From positions 434,001 to 498,000 of the forward strand of contig JALMLS010000143.1 of assembly GCA_038496445.1 (NCBI GenBank): 64,000 bases of DNA, given 5' to 3'. Below the pieces are notes generated by a model, which worked only from the letters and a program-made list of their open reading frames with translations, ran no database searches and was not told the DNA's origin. Below are positions 11,555 to 23,191 of this stretch, piece by piece. Origin of the DNA: Trichosphaerium sp. ATCC 40318 (Eukaryota; Protista; Tubulinea). Numbering within the stretch: position 1 is the stretch's first letter; the number at the start of each line of letters is the position of its first letter. The position numbers and the translations under genes are program-made.

Positions 11555-13428
11555 ATGAAAGGTCACTAAAATTCAAGCATCTAAAAAGGAGCGTTATTTA
11601 CGTAAAACAGTTCCACCAGCGCATGGCATGCCCTAAAAAGTACAACAAACAGCATTCTGATGATAGATGAAGAAACTGAAATTGACTACGTCATAACGTT
11701 ATGTCCTCGGCTTGGGGATGATAGTAAGCTCTAGTTAGCATAAAAACGCCATAAGATTAACTATTTAACAGGTGGTACTGATTTTACTCTAACTCCCGGC
11801 GAGACGTATTTTATTGGTAGAGGCGTAGATTGTATAGACTTTGGAGTTTATCTAAACGATAATAACCACCTAAGCAGAAAACAACTATCAGTGACTCATA
11901 TAGAGAAGGAACCAACAGTTTTAATAACACAAGTACGTTGTACCAGTATTTAACGATATTTTTTTAAAATTATATCTCAAAACTATTTCCATTGCATTTC
12001 ACCTATAAAAAATCGCTTCTGACGCGTGGAGAACACGTAATAAAATTATTAGCAGTTTTTTTTTTCAGAACAAGACTTTTTTGGCAAGTCCGAAATTCGC
12101 GACTAAGCCTCTTTGTTTTAAGCTTGGTATTAACCCTGGATGTATCATTGGTACTAACGGATCCAAACATTCCCCCATGGCACAACATGATAGCGTAAAA
12201 CTTGCAGATGGCTCTTTTTTTGCTCTATTATACCGTACGCCTTTTCAAGGCTGTAACTATCTAAGGGTTTTACTTAGTTGATGGCAAACCTCTGTTTAAG
12301 TTTGAAGTGAAGATTAAACCAGCAGAGAGAACATCTCTTCCTAGGTCGAAAGTGCAACTCAAAAAACATACAACTTCGTCCCCTTCTATACAGGAACATC
12401 AACCTTCTATAGATTTTATCATGCGTCCTCCACTGTCAAAATCAATGTCAAAGTCAATGTCAAAATCAGGTTCTCTTTCAAGGTCTGTTTCAAGTCATGT
12501 TAAATCAGATGGAAGTGTTAGTTCGCATCCAATGGCAGCTGAGTTTAAAGCTATTTTTAATAGTTCAAAAGAGTCCGTAGCAAGCATTGAAGCCAACTAT
12601 AGTATGGGCAATCAAGCGGAGTCTTTGCCACCAAGCGTTGATTTTGGTGATGGTGCTACTAGTAGCTCAAGCCTAAAAAGAAAAACCGAAGATTCAAAGC
12701 CTTCTCAGTACACTCCACAGAAGAAGAAAGTTCGTAGAGAGTTATTTAGTGATACACCTCCAATGTCACCAGACGGCTCAGATAATAAACATAATATGAA
12801 TAAAAAGGTAAGTCACGTTTTGCTTTTTTTAAAGTATGCTGAGACTGGCTTATTGATTTTCTGTTCTAAGGTCAAAGAAATTCAGGAAATATTTCCTTCA
12901 ACCCCACCAAAGGAAGCAAAAGCTGAGTTACTAAAACACAATAAAGACGTATCAAAAACTCTTACAGCAATGCTCGCACAAGAGAAGATGAAAATAGACT
13001 ATGAAAATAGAAAACGTGAATCTATGGGTGGAGATCAGAGTGAACCTATTGAAACTGTTCCTCTACCAAAAAATAGTCTACCTAAGAGTAGTTCGTCACT
13101 TAACCTTTCTGGGAGTACCCCTTCATTATTCGAAAATGAAAACGAACGAAAGACTGGGTACGTCACCTTCTGTTTAAATCGTACTTTTTTCTTGGTTTTC
13201 TTGATTGTACCGAGTATTAATCTTTTATCTTCTAGAGTTGAGTCTTCAGTTGATGTAGTAGCGCTTCAAGCATTACTAAAGGAGAAGACTGAGCGAATAT
13301 CAGAGCAGTCTCAGTTATTAAAAGCTAAAGATGATAGTATAAACAAACTTCAATCCAAAGTACATAAACTTGAAGCAAAAGTTCTTAAGCTCGAAGCAAG
13401 GTTAAGAGACAACACAGATCTTGAATAA
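11555..13428 (+). CDS. FHA (PNKP/APLF/aprataxin-type) - Ser-rich linker - CUE-like - coiled-coil protein
   Basis: Spliced N-terminus contains YFIGRG...HLSRKQLSV...QLGINPG; KEIQEIFPSTPPKEAKAELLKHNKDVSKTLTAML is CUE/UBA-like; C-terminal heptads. Start codon is tentative. Confidence 0.65.
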
Positions 13429-13564
13429 AATTGTAATTTTAAAAGTAAAATACTACGTAATGTTGAGCTTTTTGAAACAACGAAAAACAATGAAGAAAGG
13501 TGTCACTTACCTGACAACGAGTGACCTTTTCTGACTGTGTACAAGAGGCTTTTTAGAAACAGTT

Positions 13565-15979
13565 ATGGCATCAAGGAGAGGCACCCAAGAGGTACTATAT
13601 TCATACCAGTTCTAGTAAGTAATATCAAAAAGGAAGCCCTTCTTGGCAGTTCTAACCGACAATGTCACTTCGCACGTGCCAAAGTAGTTATATCCTCGCT
13701 GGCTATATTATTGGTCGTTGTTACAATGGCTTTAGTTGTTGTATTAGCAACACAGCATCCTAGCATAAAAATACCTAAAGCTAGTACCATTGAAGGCTTT
13801 ACTGTAACTGCCGATCAAGGTACAGCAAATATAAATAACGGAAATATTGCTAAACAAGTTTCCACACTTTAGCACCAGACATTCTGTTGTATAACGCGGA
13901 TGTGTATACTATGGAAGAAGGCGCACCTAAAGCAACGGCTGTAGCGATTTCAGGCACGTGGTAAAACCGTTAGCACGTGAATTTTATTCTGAGTATAACC
14001 AAAAAGGGAATACGATTTCGGAAGTCTATACAGAGTTACCTCCTTCTGTACTTCGTCAAGCTATGGAAAGGTATGTCAACTAACTTTTAAATGGGATCTG
14101 TAACCATCCTTTAGCTCCACTTGTCAAGTTATAGACATGAAAGGTGCCTTTGTTTTACCAGGCCTTATTGATGGTCATACTCACTTCGATGACGCTGGAC
14201 GTATACTAAACGATGTCAATTTGCTCCTCGTATCTAATGACACTGCTTTTATTGAAGAGATAGAGCGTATTGTTCCCATAATTGGACCGAATGAATGGAT
14301 AACAGTACACAACAATTTTATTTATTACAAGTAACCTCATGTCTAGATTGGCTTCTGGGGAGCCTACGAGTTTGATAATAGACCTGGACCTAACAGATGG
14401 AATCCCACAAGATACACTATCGATCCTTACACTACCAAGAATCCTTTATTTGTCAACAGCTTTGACAGAGAGCTGTACCTCGCAAACACTTTAGCGCTTC
14501 AACAATCCGGTAAAAAACAAAGGAAAATACTAAGCAATTCTAACAGCTATTTCTCAATTAGGACTATTGGAAAATCCGGTTGAAGGTATGAAGATTGACG
14601 ACGGTGCACCGACTGGCCTTATTTACAAAGGATCTCCTGCAATAAATATGCTACAAGAGATTGTTAAACCAAAGTCTGACGAGAGACTTTTGAAAGAGTC
14701 TAAGGCAGCTCTCAAAGAGCTGAATAGGGCTGGTATAGTTGAGATACATGATATAACCACACCAAAACAAACAGAGTTATTTATAAAGCTACAAGAGCAA
14801 GGAGAGTTAACGTCAAGAATATGGATGCGATCTGATTTAGCACGAGCACAAGAGTTTTTGGACAAAGGAATAAAAATGGGTAAGCCAGACCACTTTTATT
14901 TTCAGTCCACAAAATAAGCCTATGTCGCATTTCTACGATCTAGTGCGTCCTCTAACGTTCGTATTAATAAGGTACCCATCCGGTGACTGGTAGATACGAT
15001 AGTTATTTACGATACGGCGCCTACAAAGGTAAGAAAAAAATACGAAAAGCAGTGCTTACAAATAGCGTAGGTTATACTGATGGTATAATGGGCAGCTATG
15101 GTGCTTTATTCTTTCAACCATATACTGATAGGCCTGATTGGTATGGTCACTACAGAAAACACTCAAGCGATACTCCACCAGACTATCTTGTAGGCAACAT
15201 GACTAAACTTCTCGAGTTGCTTAAAGTAGCACATGTTGGTGGGTTTAAAGCAAATGTTCACGCTATTGGAACAAAAGGTGTCGCTGAAACCTTGGACGTA
15301 CTAGAAGAGTTACAAAGACTTATTGGGCCGGAATTTGAAGGTTATAGGATGATACATGCGCAGGTAAAAACCTAAACTCACCAAATATTCAGTGTGTTAC
15401 TTTAGGTTCTCAGACAAGAGGACTTTGATCGATTTAAAAATCTTAAACTTACAGCTGAGATAAATCCCTATCATGTTTATGATGATATGAGATGGATGGA
15501 AGAACGTATTGGATATGAAAGGTGTAAAGGCGCTTATGCTTTCCGGTCACTTGAGAAAGGAGGTGCAAAGTTGATATTCGGATCAGATTGGCCAGGTACA
15601 GCTAATGCGTATTATGGTGTACAACCGGGCCTGTTATTGCACTCGGCTGTTAACAGAGTAAACTCAGATTTTGAGCCAATTGGAGGTATGAGCTTAATCA
15701 CGTGATGGAATAATGATATCAATATTAGGTTGGTTTCCTGAACAAAAATTAACGATTGAGGAGTCTCTAAGAGCTTATACTATAAACGCAGCTGAGGGGA
15801 CGTTCGAAGGGGATATAAAAGGATCTATTAAAGTAGGAAAACTAGCTGATATAACAGTATTTGACGTTAATCCTTTCGAACTGGAAGATACGAACGATTT
15901 ACTAAAGATCAAAGTACTCATGACTATGGTGGATGGTAACATAGTCTTCAATGAAGTCAAGATATTACCATCAGAATAA
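13565..15979 (+). CDS. Amidohydrolase-3 (YtcJ/LAF3-like) with N-terminal transmembrane helix
   Basis: PGLIDGHTH, VHAIG, RMIHAQ, FGSDWP, YTINAA, KGSIKVGKLAD; hydrophobic ISSLAILLVVVTMALVVVLA segment. Confidence 0.9.
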
Positions 15980-16353
15980 TAACTTCTTAGTACTGCACAG
16001 TAAATAAAAAGCCCACCTACTAAACCCAAAATGTTAAATGGAAATTGTGTGAGTTTTCTACATTATACGCAACATCACGTGCTTGGATTTACTGTTCTAC
16101 TTTATGAAAATTTTTGTGTTTATATCAAGGTAGTTGCTAACTCAACACTCAACATAACCAGAACTAGGGATGTTCAGATAATCATGCTCGTTTAAAGGAA
16201 GTGTTTTCTTTTTTCAGAACGCTGTCTTTATTGCTCTAACGCACGTCGTATTTCAGTATCTTACTGGCACTCTATTACTCGAGTGCTTTTGCGCAAGTCA
16301 ACTTAAGTTAGCGCTTAACGTTGATATTTCTTTGTACTTTTACTAAATTCTGA

Positions 16354-18852
16354 ATGGCAACACTTCGAGACGTTATAGTTTCTAACCTAAAGGATAACGG
16401 CGATAAAAAAGCTGTAGTTATTCCTGATGGAGGTCCTTCATTGAGCTACAAGTCGTTTTCAGAAGAGGTGACGCGCTTGAGAGACGTATTCGTTGCTGGT
16501 ACGCGTATTAGAACCTTTTTAGGAACTTATAACAATTAGGTGGATTAAAACCACAAGAAGTAGTGTCTATCGTCATTTCCAACAATATGGAGTACTTGAC
16601 AACATTCTTCGCAGTGACATGGGCACGAGGTACAAAATAATTTAAAGAAAGTCACTAAATACGCCGAAACGCGTAGTTAACACTTTATCTGTAATTTTCA
16701 AGCCTTTCAAAACGTTCGTTGACGTTTTCACTCTAAACTGTCCGAATTAACCTAATCCTCCCTTTATAGGCATATCTAACCCTCTAAACCCAAAATACCG
16801 CGTTGATGAATTTTCTTTCTACATGGAGGATGTAAAAACAAAGATTCTCCTTCTACCTAAGGGATCACCAGAAGATCATCCTGCAAGGTAAATACTAATA
16901 ACGAATTCCTTTTCTGACTTCCGAAAACAAACAAAAAACAAAATTCTGCTTTTTTCGCTAAGGAAGCTGTTTTGAAGCGTGAAGCACACGTACAACACTT
17001 TATTTGTTGTTCTTTTTTCTCACCATACTACTTAGGGAAGCCGCTAAAAAATTGAGCGTTGCTGTATGGGAAGTAAGCCTTGAAGATGGAAAAGTACAAT
17101 TACACCCTTCTGAAGCATTAGGCACTGCAAAGCACGATGAAGTACCAAAACCAGGTTAGCTTTTTTTGATGTTTTTTCTTTTTTCGGCGTGGCTGTGTTG
17201 ACACTCACTTAATTCTGTGTTTAGAGGATATTGCAATGTTTCTACATACTAGTGGTACAACTAGTAAGCCAAAAGGAGTACCATTGAGACATGTTAATAT
17301 AACAACAACATTGAAGAATATTGTCAGTACGTAAAAAAAAACCTGTTTGTATATTTAATTAATTTCTGTTGTAGATACGTACACTTTGACGCCTAAAGAT
17401 ACTTCCCTCATTGTTATGCCTCTATTCCACGTACACGGACTAATTGGAGCCACATTATCTACGCTCTTATCTGGCGGTACAGTACGTAATATCTTGTCAA
17501 TTTTTTCTTCTATCTAGCGCCACCTTAAAACTGAAAAAACAGCCCTTCACGACAATTTTGAGCTTTTTCCTATTATAAAAGCCGAGTTATAACATCTGTA
17601 TACATTCTAAGAGTACCTGTTTTAGGTTGTGATCCCTCCAAAGTTCTCAGCATCAAACTTTTGGAGATTGGTAAAAGAAAACAATGTTTCATGGTATTCG
17701 GCTGTATCGACTATTCACCAAATCCTTCTATCAAGAGCTGATTCCGACAAAGCACCTACAGGCGTTTTAAGGTTCATCAGGTGCGTATTTACTAGAAAAG
17801 AAAAAAAAAACCCACACATTTTGTTTCATGTAGATTTTGAAGTCTCATGTGATTGTTTAGGTCTTGCAGTGCTTCACTTGCTCCTGTTGTCATTGAAGGT
17901 ATTGTAAAGAGATTTGGCGCACCTGTCTGCGAAGCATACGGTATGACTGAAGCAGCTCATCAAATGTCTTCAAACCCAATCGGAAAAGCAAAGGTAATTT
18001 GTTTTTCGGTCTTGAGTTTTACATCCCAATTAATTTTCGACAAATTCTAACTCGTTCAATAGCCTGGAAGTGTTGGTTTACCTACAAATGTAGAAATAGC
18101 TATCATGGACACAGAAACAGAGGAGAAGAAACCACAAGGTAAGACTATCACGAGTCAAAAAAGAATAAAACAGTTTTCTCACAATATTCTTAGGTGAAAA
18201 AGGTGAAATTTGCATCAGAGGCAAAAACGTTACATGGGGGTAAGTGTATCGCACTCCTGTCTTACTGTTTATACTGACTATTAAATAGATACCATAATCG
18301 CCCAGAAGCAAATGAAGCATGCTTCACAGAAAACAAGTGGTTCAGAACTGGAGACCAAGTACGATTATTGTTTTAGTGCTTGCTGCTTATGATGCTCTTT
18401 CGCAGGGATTTTTGGATGAAGAAGGTTACCTTACCCTCACTGGTCGTTTGAAGGAGCTTATTAACAGAGGAGGAGAAAAGATATCTCCTATTGAGCTCGA
18501 TAGCGTTCTATTGGTAAGTGTTGAAGATAGTAACTTTCCTTTTTACATTTGTCTCTTTGCTCTTTTAGTTTTACAGTCTTTTAACATGTTGTAGGCACAC
18601 CCAAAGGTTGGTGATGCTGTAGCTTTCGCTATTCCTGATGAGAAATACGGAGAAGAAGTTGCATGTGCTGTTATTCCTAAAGAAAACGAAACAGTTACTG
18701 TTGAAGAAATCCAAAACTACATCAGGGAGAAACTTGTTGATTTCAAAGTACCAAAGCGCGTATTTGTTACTGATGGATTCCCACGTACTGCTACTGGTAA
18801 AATTCAAAGACGTGTTGTTCGTGAGTTCTTCCTCAGCAAGGATAAAAAGTAA
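16354..18852 (+). CDS. Oxalate-CoA ligase-like acyl-activating enzyme (AAE3/Pcs60 type)
   Basis: [92 protein letters not shown]. Confidence 0.88.
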
Positions 18853-19071
18853 TTGAAAAACAAAAAACAAAAAAAAGAATAAACTGAGAAAACAACAAAT
18901 TTATTGCTAATGGCGTATGCTTGAGTTGTTCACGTTAAATATTTGTTTATAAAACAAGCAACTACAACGGCATAGTTATGTTACGTATTTAGCTTGGAGG
19001 ATACCACCATTACAACCCAGTTGTCAAGATGTTTTCAAATTTAGCTTTTTGAAAGACATTTTAGTTTTGTC

Positions 19072-20130
19072 TTAGATTGGTTCTCCTGAATTCCACTTCT
19101 TGTATGCATTACGTATTCTGCCATAACAACACTCGTAGTGGCAAGATAGCTGTCCATTTTCACGCCACTCTTTGTATTCACCATGTATTTCATTGTCGAC
19201 ATAGAAAGTCTTTGTTTCAAGATGTCCATTCTCATACCACTTTTTATACTCACCAATTCTTTTGTCATCAACATACATACACATTTCATCAAGCTGTCCA
19301 TTTTTGTACCAACGCTTAAGCTCACCATTCTTTTTACCGTTAGTAAAGTTACATTGCCAGTTAATTTGACCATTCTTAAACCACCTCTTACAGACACCAT
19401 GCCGTTTATCATCAACAAACATGTGATGTATACTCATTTGACCATCCTTTTCCCATGCCTTGTACTCTCCACTTTTCTTGCCATTGATGTAGACAACATG
19501 TACACATAAAAGACCATTCGTATGCCACTCTTTAAACTCACCATTCTTAACACCATTAGAATAAAAGTAGTGTTGGGAAATTTGACCATCCTCTAACCAA
19601 TGCTTAAACTCTCCATTCCTTTTGTCATCAATATATGCTGCCTGTATATCTATTTGTCCGCTGTTGTACCACACCTTATACTCTCCTTCAAGCCTGCCGT
19701 TCACGTGATAGCAATGCTTCCGCAATTTACCATTAGCGTGCCATGCCTTGTACTCTCCTTCTCGTTTACCATCAAAATAAAAACCATTCGTTTCCATTTG
19801 AGCATTGTAATACCACTTCCAGTATTCCCCTTCTTTCTTGTTGTTGACGTAATTTTGATGCCTTTTTTTAACACCCATATGCCAGTCTTTACACACTCCT
19901 TCAACTTTACCATTTACATAGTCGCAGTGTCTAATGAATGGGATCAGTGAATCCCTATCATTGTATCGTTTCTTCCATTTGCCGTGTTTCTCAAAGTTGC
20001 CATCAAACCTTGATGACATTGCAGTGTACTTTGATAAGAGAGGCCACATGACATACAACCTAAAGTCTAAATCAGTGACACAAAGATGTAGCTCAACAGG
20101 AAGCCGTAATAAACGGCATATCTCATCCAT
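19072..20130 (-). CDS. Intronless F-box-like plus MORN-variant repeat protein (paralog of 10056-10757)
   Basis: LLRLPVELHLCV N-terminus; about 11 repeats of 24 aa GEYKxWxxNGQxxxxxxYxNGKxx; uninterrupted 352-aa ORF. Confidence 0.88.
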   Translation of the reverse strand: MDEICRLLRLPVELHLCVTDLDFRLYVMWPLLSKYTAMSSRFDGNFEKHGKWKKRYNDRDSLIPFIRHCDYVNGKVEGVCKDWHMGVKKRHQNYVNNKKEGEYWKWYYNAQMETNGFYFDGKREGEYKAWHANGKLRKHCYHVNGRLEGEYKVWYNSGQIDIQAAYIDDKRNGEFKHWLEDGQISQHYFYSNGVKNGEFKEWHTNGLLCVHVVYINGKKSGEYKAWEKDGQMSIHHMFVDDKRHGVCKRWFKNGQINWQCNFTNGKKNGELKRWYKNGQLDEMCMYVDDKRIGEYKKWYENGHLETKTFYVDNEIHGEYKEWRENGQLSCHYECCYGRIRNAYKKWNSGEPI

Positions 20131-20985
20131 TTTAGTAATATTTATCTACGTAAATAAATTATTACAATAACTGAAACAAATCTTGTGCTGATCTCAATTT
20201 TGTTTATGCTGGTGAGAGCGGATAGAAAAATACTAACAGCGAATAACGTTTTATTCTTAGGCGGTTAAAAATGGTAAATAAATAAAACGCACGTGATAGA
20301 TTTTTCAGATGTCTAAATGTTAGACCAAGGATCCCTAGTCGTTACACCTACGAAAATAGAATACCACGAGTTTTCTACGTTAGGTCAACGGTTTTAAAAA
20401 AACCATCACTGCTAATTTTTTTTCCATGTTTTGAAAAAGTACCAATTTCTATTGTCAAGGTGTTCTTGGCAGCCATAGTATGCTTTTTAGGTTTTTTCAT
20501 CTCAACAGCCTTGATATTGCTTTGTAAGTTGCAACTTGACTACAGTCGAAAAAAATCAGCTAAATTTGCCAGGAAGCAACGAAGATAATAGCACTATAAA
20601 ATCGAATATATTACCCTCCCAGTTGAGATCAATCTTGATATAAGTAGGTGTCATGACGCCCTTTTTATTCTTGTATGCTTATTCTGCTTGCAGAGCAACC
20701 CTGTTGTTCATCAAGTAATCTAGTGTCTAGGTTGCGTATCTTAGTCTATTTTGCTGACAAAATCAGTATCACGTGCTCTGTTTACAAGTAAAACAACTTC
20801 CAACTACTGTCACGAAATATCGTCATCTCTAACAATAGAATGTGTTGCCTCTCACGTTCATTTTTCAGTTCGGTTTTCTATTCTCAGATTAGTTTACCAC
20901 AAATTACGTGAATACCTTTTTTGTCGAAAATCGTATCGTTATTAGGCAAATACAAAAATAATACTTACAATACAGCAACAATACA

Positions 20986-22836
20986 ATGCAAAATATATCA
21001 GCGGACTCTTTAGCACAAAAAGGCAAAGAATTAAGCCAAACAGAAACAACAGTAACAAAACCTGATGGGAGCCAGCACACAGGTAATATAGCGCCCCGCA
21101 TAGGTTTTGCAAGGCGTTTTAACACTTTTACAGAGAAACGCGGTAAACAAACAGAAAAAGGAAGCGAAACCACGACTTGTACGCTGACGAGTACAGACGC
21201 CTCATAAAACGCTAAAATAAAACATAGATGTAAGAAAAGTAAAGAAAAAGGAGTGGGAAGACGAACCAGACGTGCTCAGTAAGAAACTTAAAAAACTGGA
21301 GGTACAAACAATCAAAAACAATAGCGTTCAGATTCGGAAAACGCTAAAAATACAACATCCTTTTGATCAAAATAATTATTCTCAAACACTCTTAGGCACT
21401 TGCTCATTCGGCTTCCAATATTGTTTTTTACACTGGCGCTGGTGTAAGCACTTCTGCAGGAGTACCGGACTTCAGGGTATGTTGTATTAGGGATTTAGAG
21501 AGACGCTAAAAGTAGCAATAGGGAGACAAGGGACTTAGAAAAAGAGGTCTTCTTGGTTTACGAGAAGAGGATTTAGATAGTACGTTTTAGATTCTGTTTT
21601 TCTGTCTTCTGGCTCACGTGTGTTAGCTACTATGCCAACAATATCTCACGTGATTATTCAACACTTCTTGGACAAGGGTATTGCTAAAGCTATTGTCACC
21701 TCAAACCACGACAACATGCATCGCAAAGCAGGTACACAGAACTTTCAGTAGCAGTCTTTGTTTTCGTTTATTTGGTTTTTTACATTGGTCTGTACTCACT
21801 TGTACTAAGGTGCACCTGATAACAAGCTAGCAGAACTCTTTGGAAATGCGTAAGTGAAGTTTGTTAAAGAGTTACTCATGCTGATACTTTCAGATACATC
21901 GAAAAATGTCTTAAATGTAAAAAAATGTTTCAACGTAAAGTGATTGTTCCTCATCTCGGAAGAACATGTGAGGAGTGCTCTGGTAGATTAGTAAAGACAG
22001 GTAACATTCCTTTTGGTATGTCACAAGTATTAACAAGTAATTATAGGAGTACGCTATGGGCAAGCAACGCCAGAGGAACCGCTTGAGCTAGCTTGTAAGT
22101 TCACAAAAAAAGCTGACTTGGCTATTGTTCTTGGAAGCTCTATGAGAGTACGTCACGTGATTTTTGTCTTTCCCTAAATGAGGGTACAATACTTACCTGT
22201 TTCTTTTGTAGACAGGACCTTTTTGTAACCTACCACCTAAAGCAAAGAAAATGGTTATTGTTAACTTACAACCTACACCTTATGATTCTAAAGCTACCAT
22301 TAAAATTAACGCTCCTTGTGATAAAGTTATGACATACCTCGCAAATACTTTTAAGATAAATCCAACAGAGTTCACATATGAACAAGAGTTCCAGCTCGAG
22401 TACAAAAAGTCTGATGATAACGTAGATTACACTGGTATGTATTTATTGTAGTATATAACTCAAGCTTTGATGGTTTGTTATTAACTATATTTTACAGTTA
22501 AGAGTACAAGGACAAATGAACCTGTCACATGTATAGATGATGTAACGATTGACGGTAGTTACATGCAGGTAAGCTCTATACTTTGGACTTTTCAGGTATT
22601 AATTTTGTTGACAGGAAACACAAAAAAATGATTTGGTGTTAACAAAACCAATGAAAGACTCAATCAACATTGTATTCAATTTTAAAGAGGTATGCCAATA
22701 CAATTAAAGGTTTTCTATAAATCATAAGTATTAATCTCTGTAGGACTATAACGTGGACCCTCTAAAAATGACATTATCTCTTGATAAAAAATCAGATGTT
22801 TTAAAACTCAAGATGACAAAGACTATACAACTGTAA
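20986..22836 (+). CDS. Class IV (SIRT6/7-like) sirtuin with atypical catalytic motifs
   Basis: IVFYTGAGVSTSAGVPDFRG, PTISH, TSNHDNMHRKAG, AELFGN, CLKC...CEEC zinc ribbon, ADLAIVLGSS, IVNLQPTPYD. Confidence 0.88.
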
Positions 22837-23191
22837 TATAGACGCTCCAACAATTCAATTTATACACCAGAAAAATTGTAACTTTTATTGCACTACAAGT
22901 GCCCCATGTGTTAGCTTGGCTGCAAAATAAATAGGCCTAGCAAACAATTGTTTCAGTAATTTTTTTTTTTTTAAATAGTGGGTTGCAAACCAACACATGC
23001 CAGTAAGCTAACTACCTTGACAGCAAAGGAACTTGATAAACTTTAAAAAAAAAGACAAATTTTTTTTATTTTGCTTTTACCATACACGTGTGTCTTTAAT
23101 TCATTTTTTTTTCTTGTTTTGGGGGTTTTTGTTTAACATTCTTTTTTTTTCTTTTTTTTTTGAAAACAAGCGGTTTTTTTTTGGATTTGTT

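Noticed and set aside
19072-20130. YwqK-family antitoxin / toxin-antitoxin system
   Set aside because: The label would reflect only the MORN-variant repeat; no adjacent toxin gene, and the context is eukaryotic.
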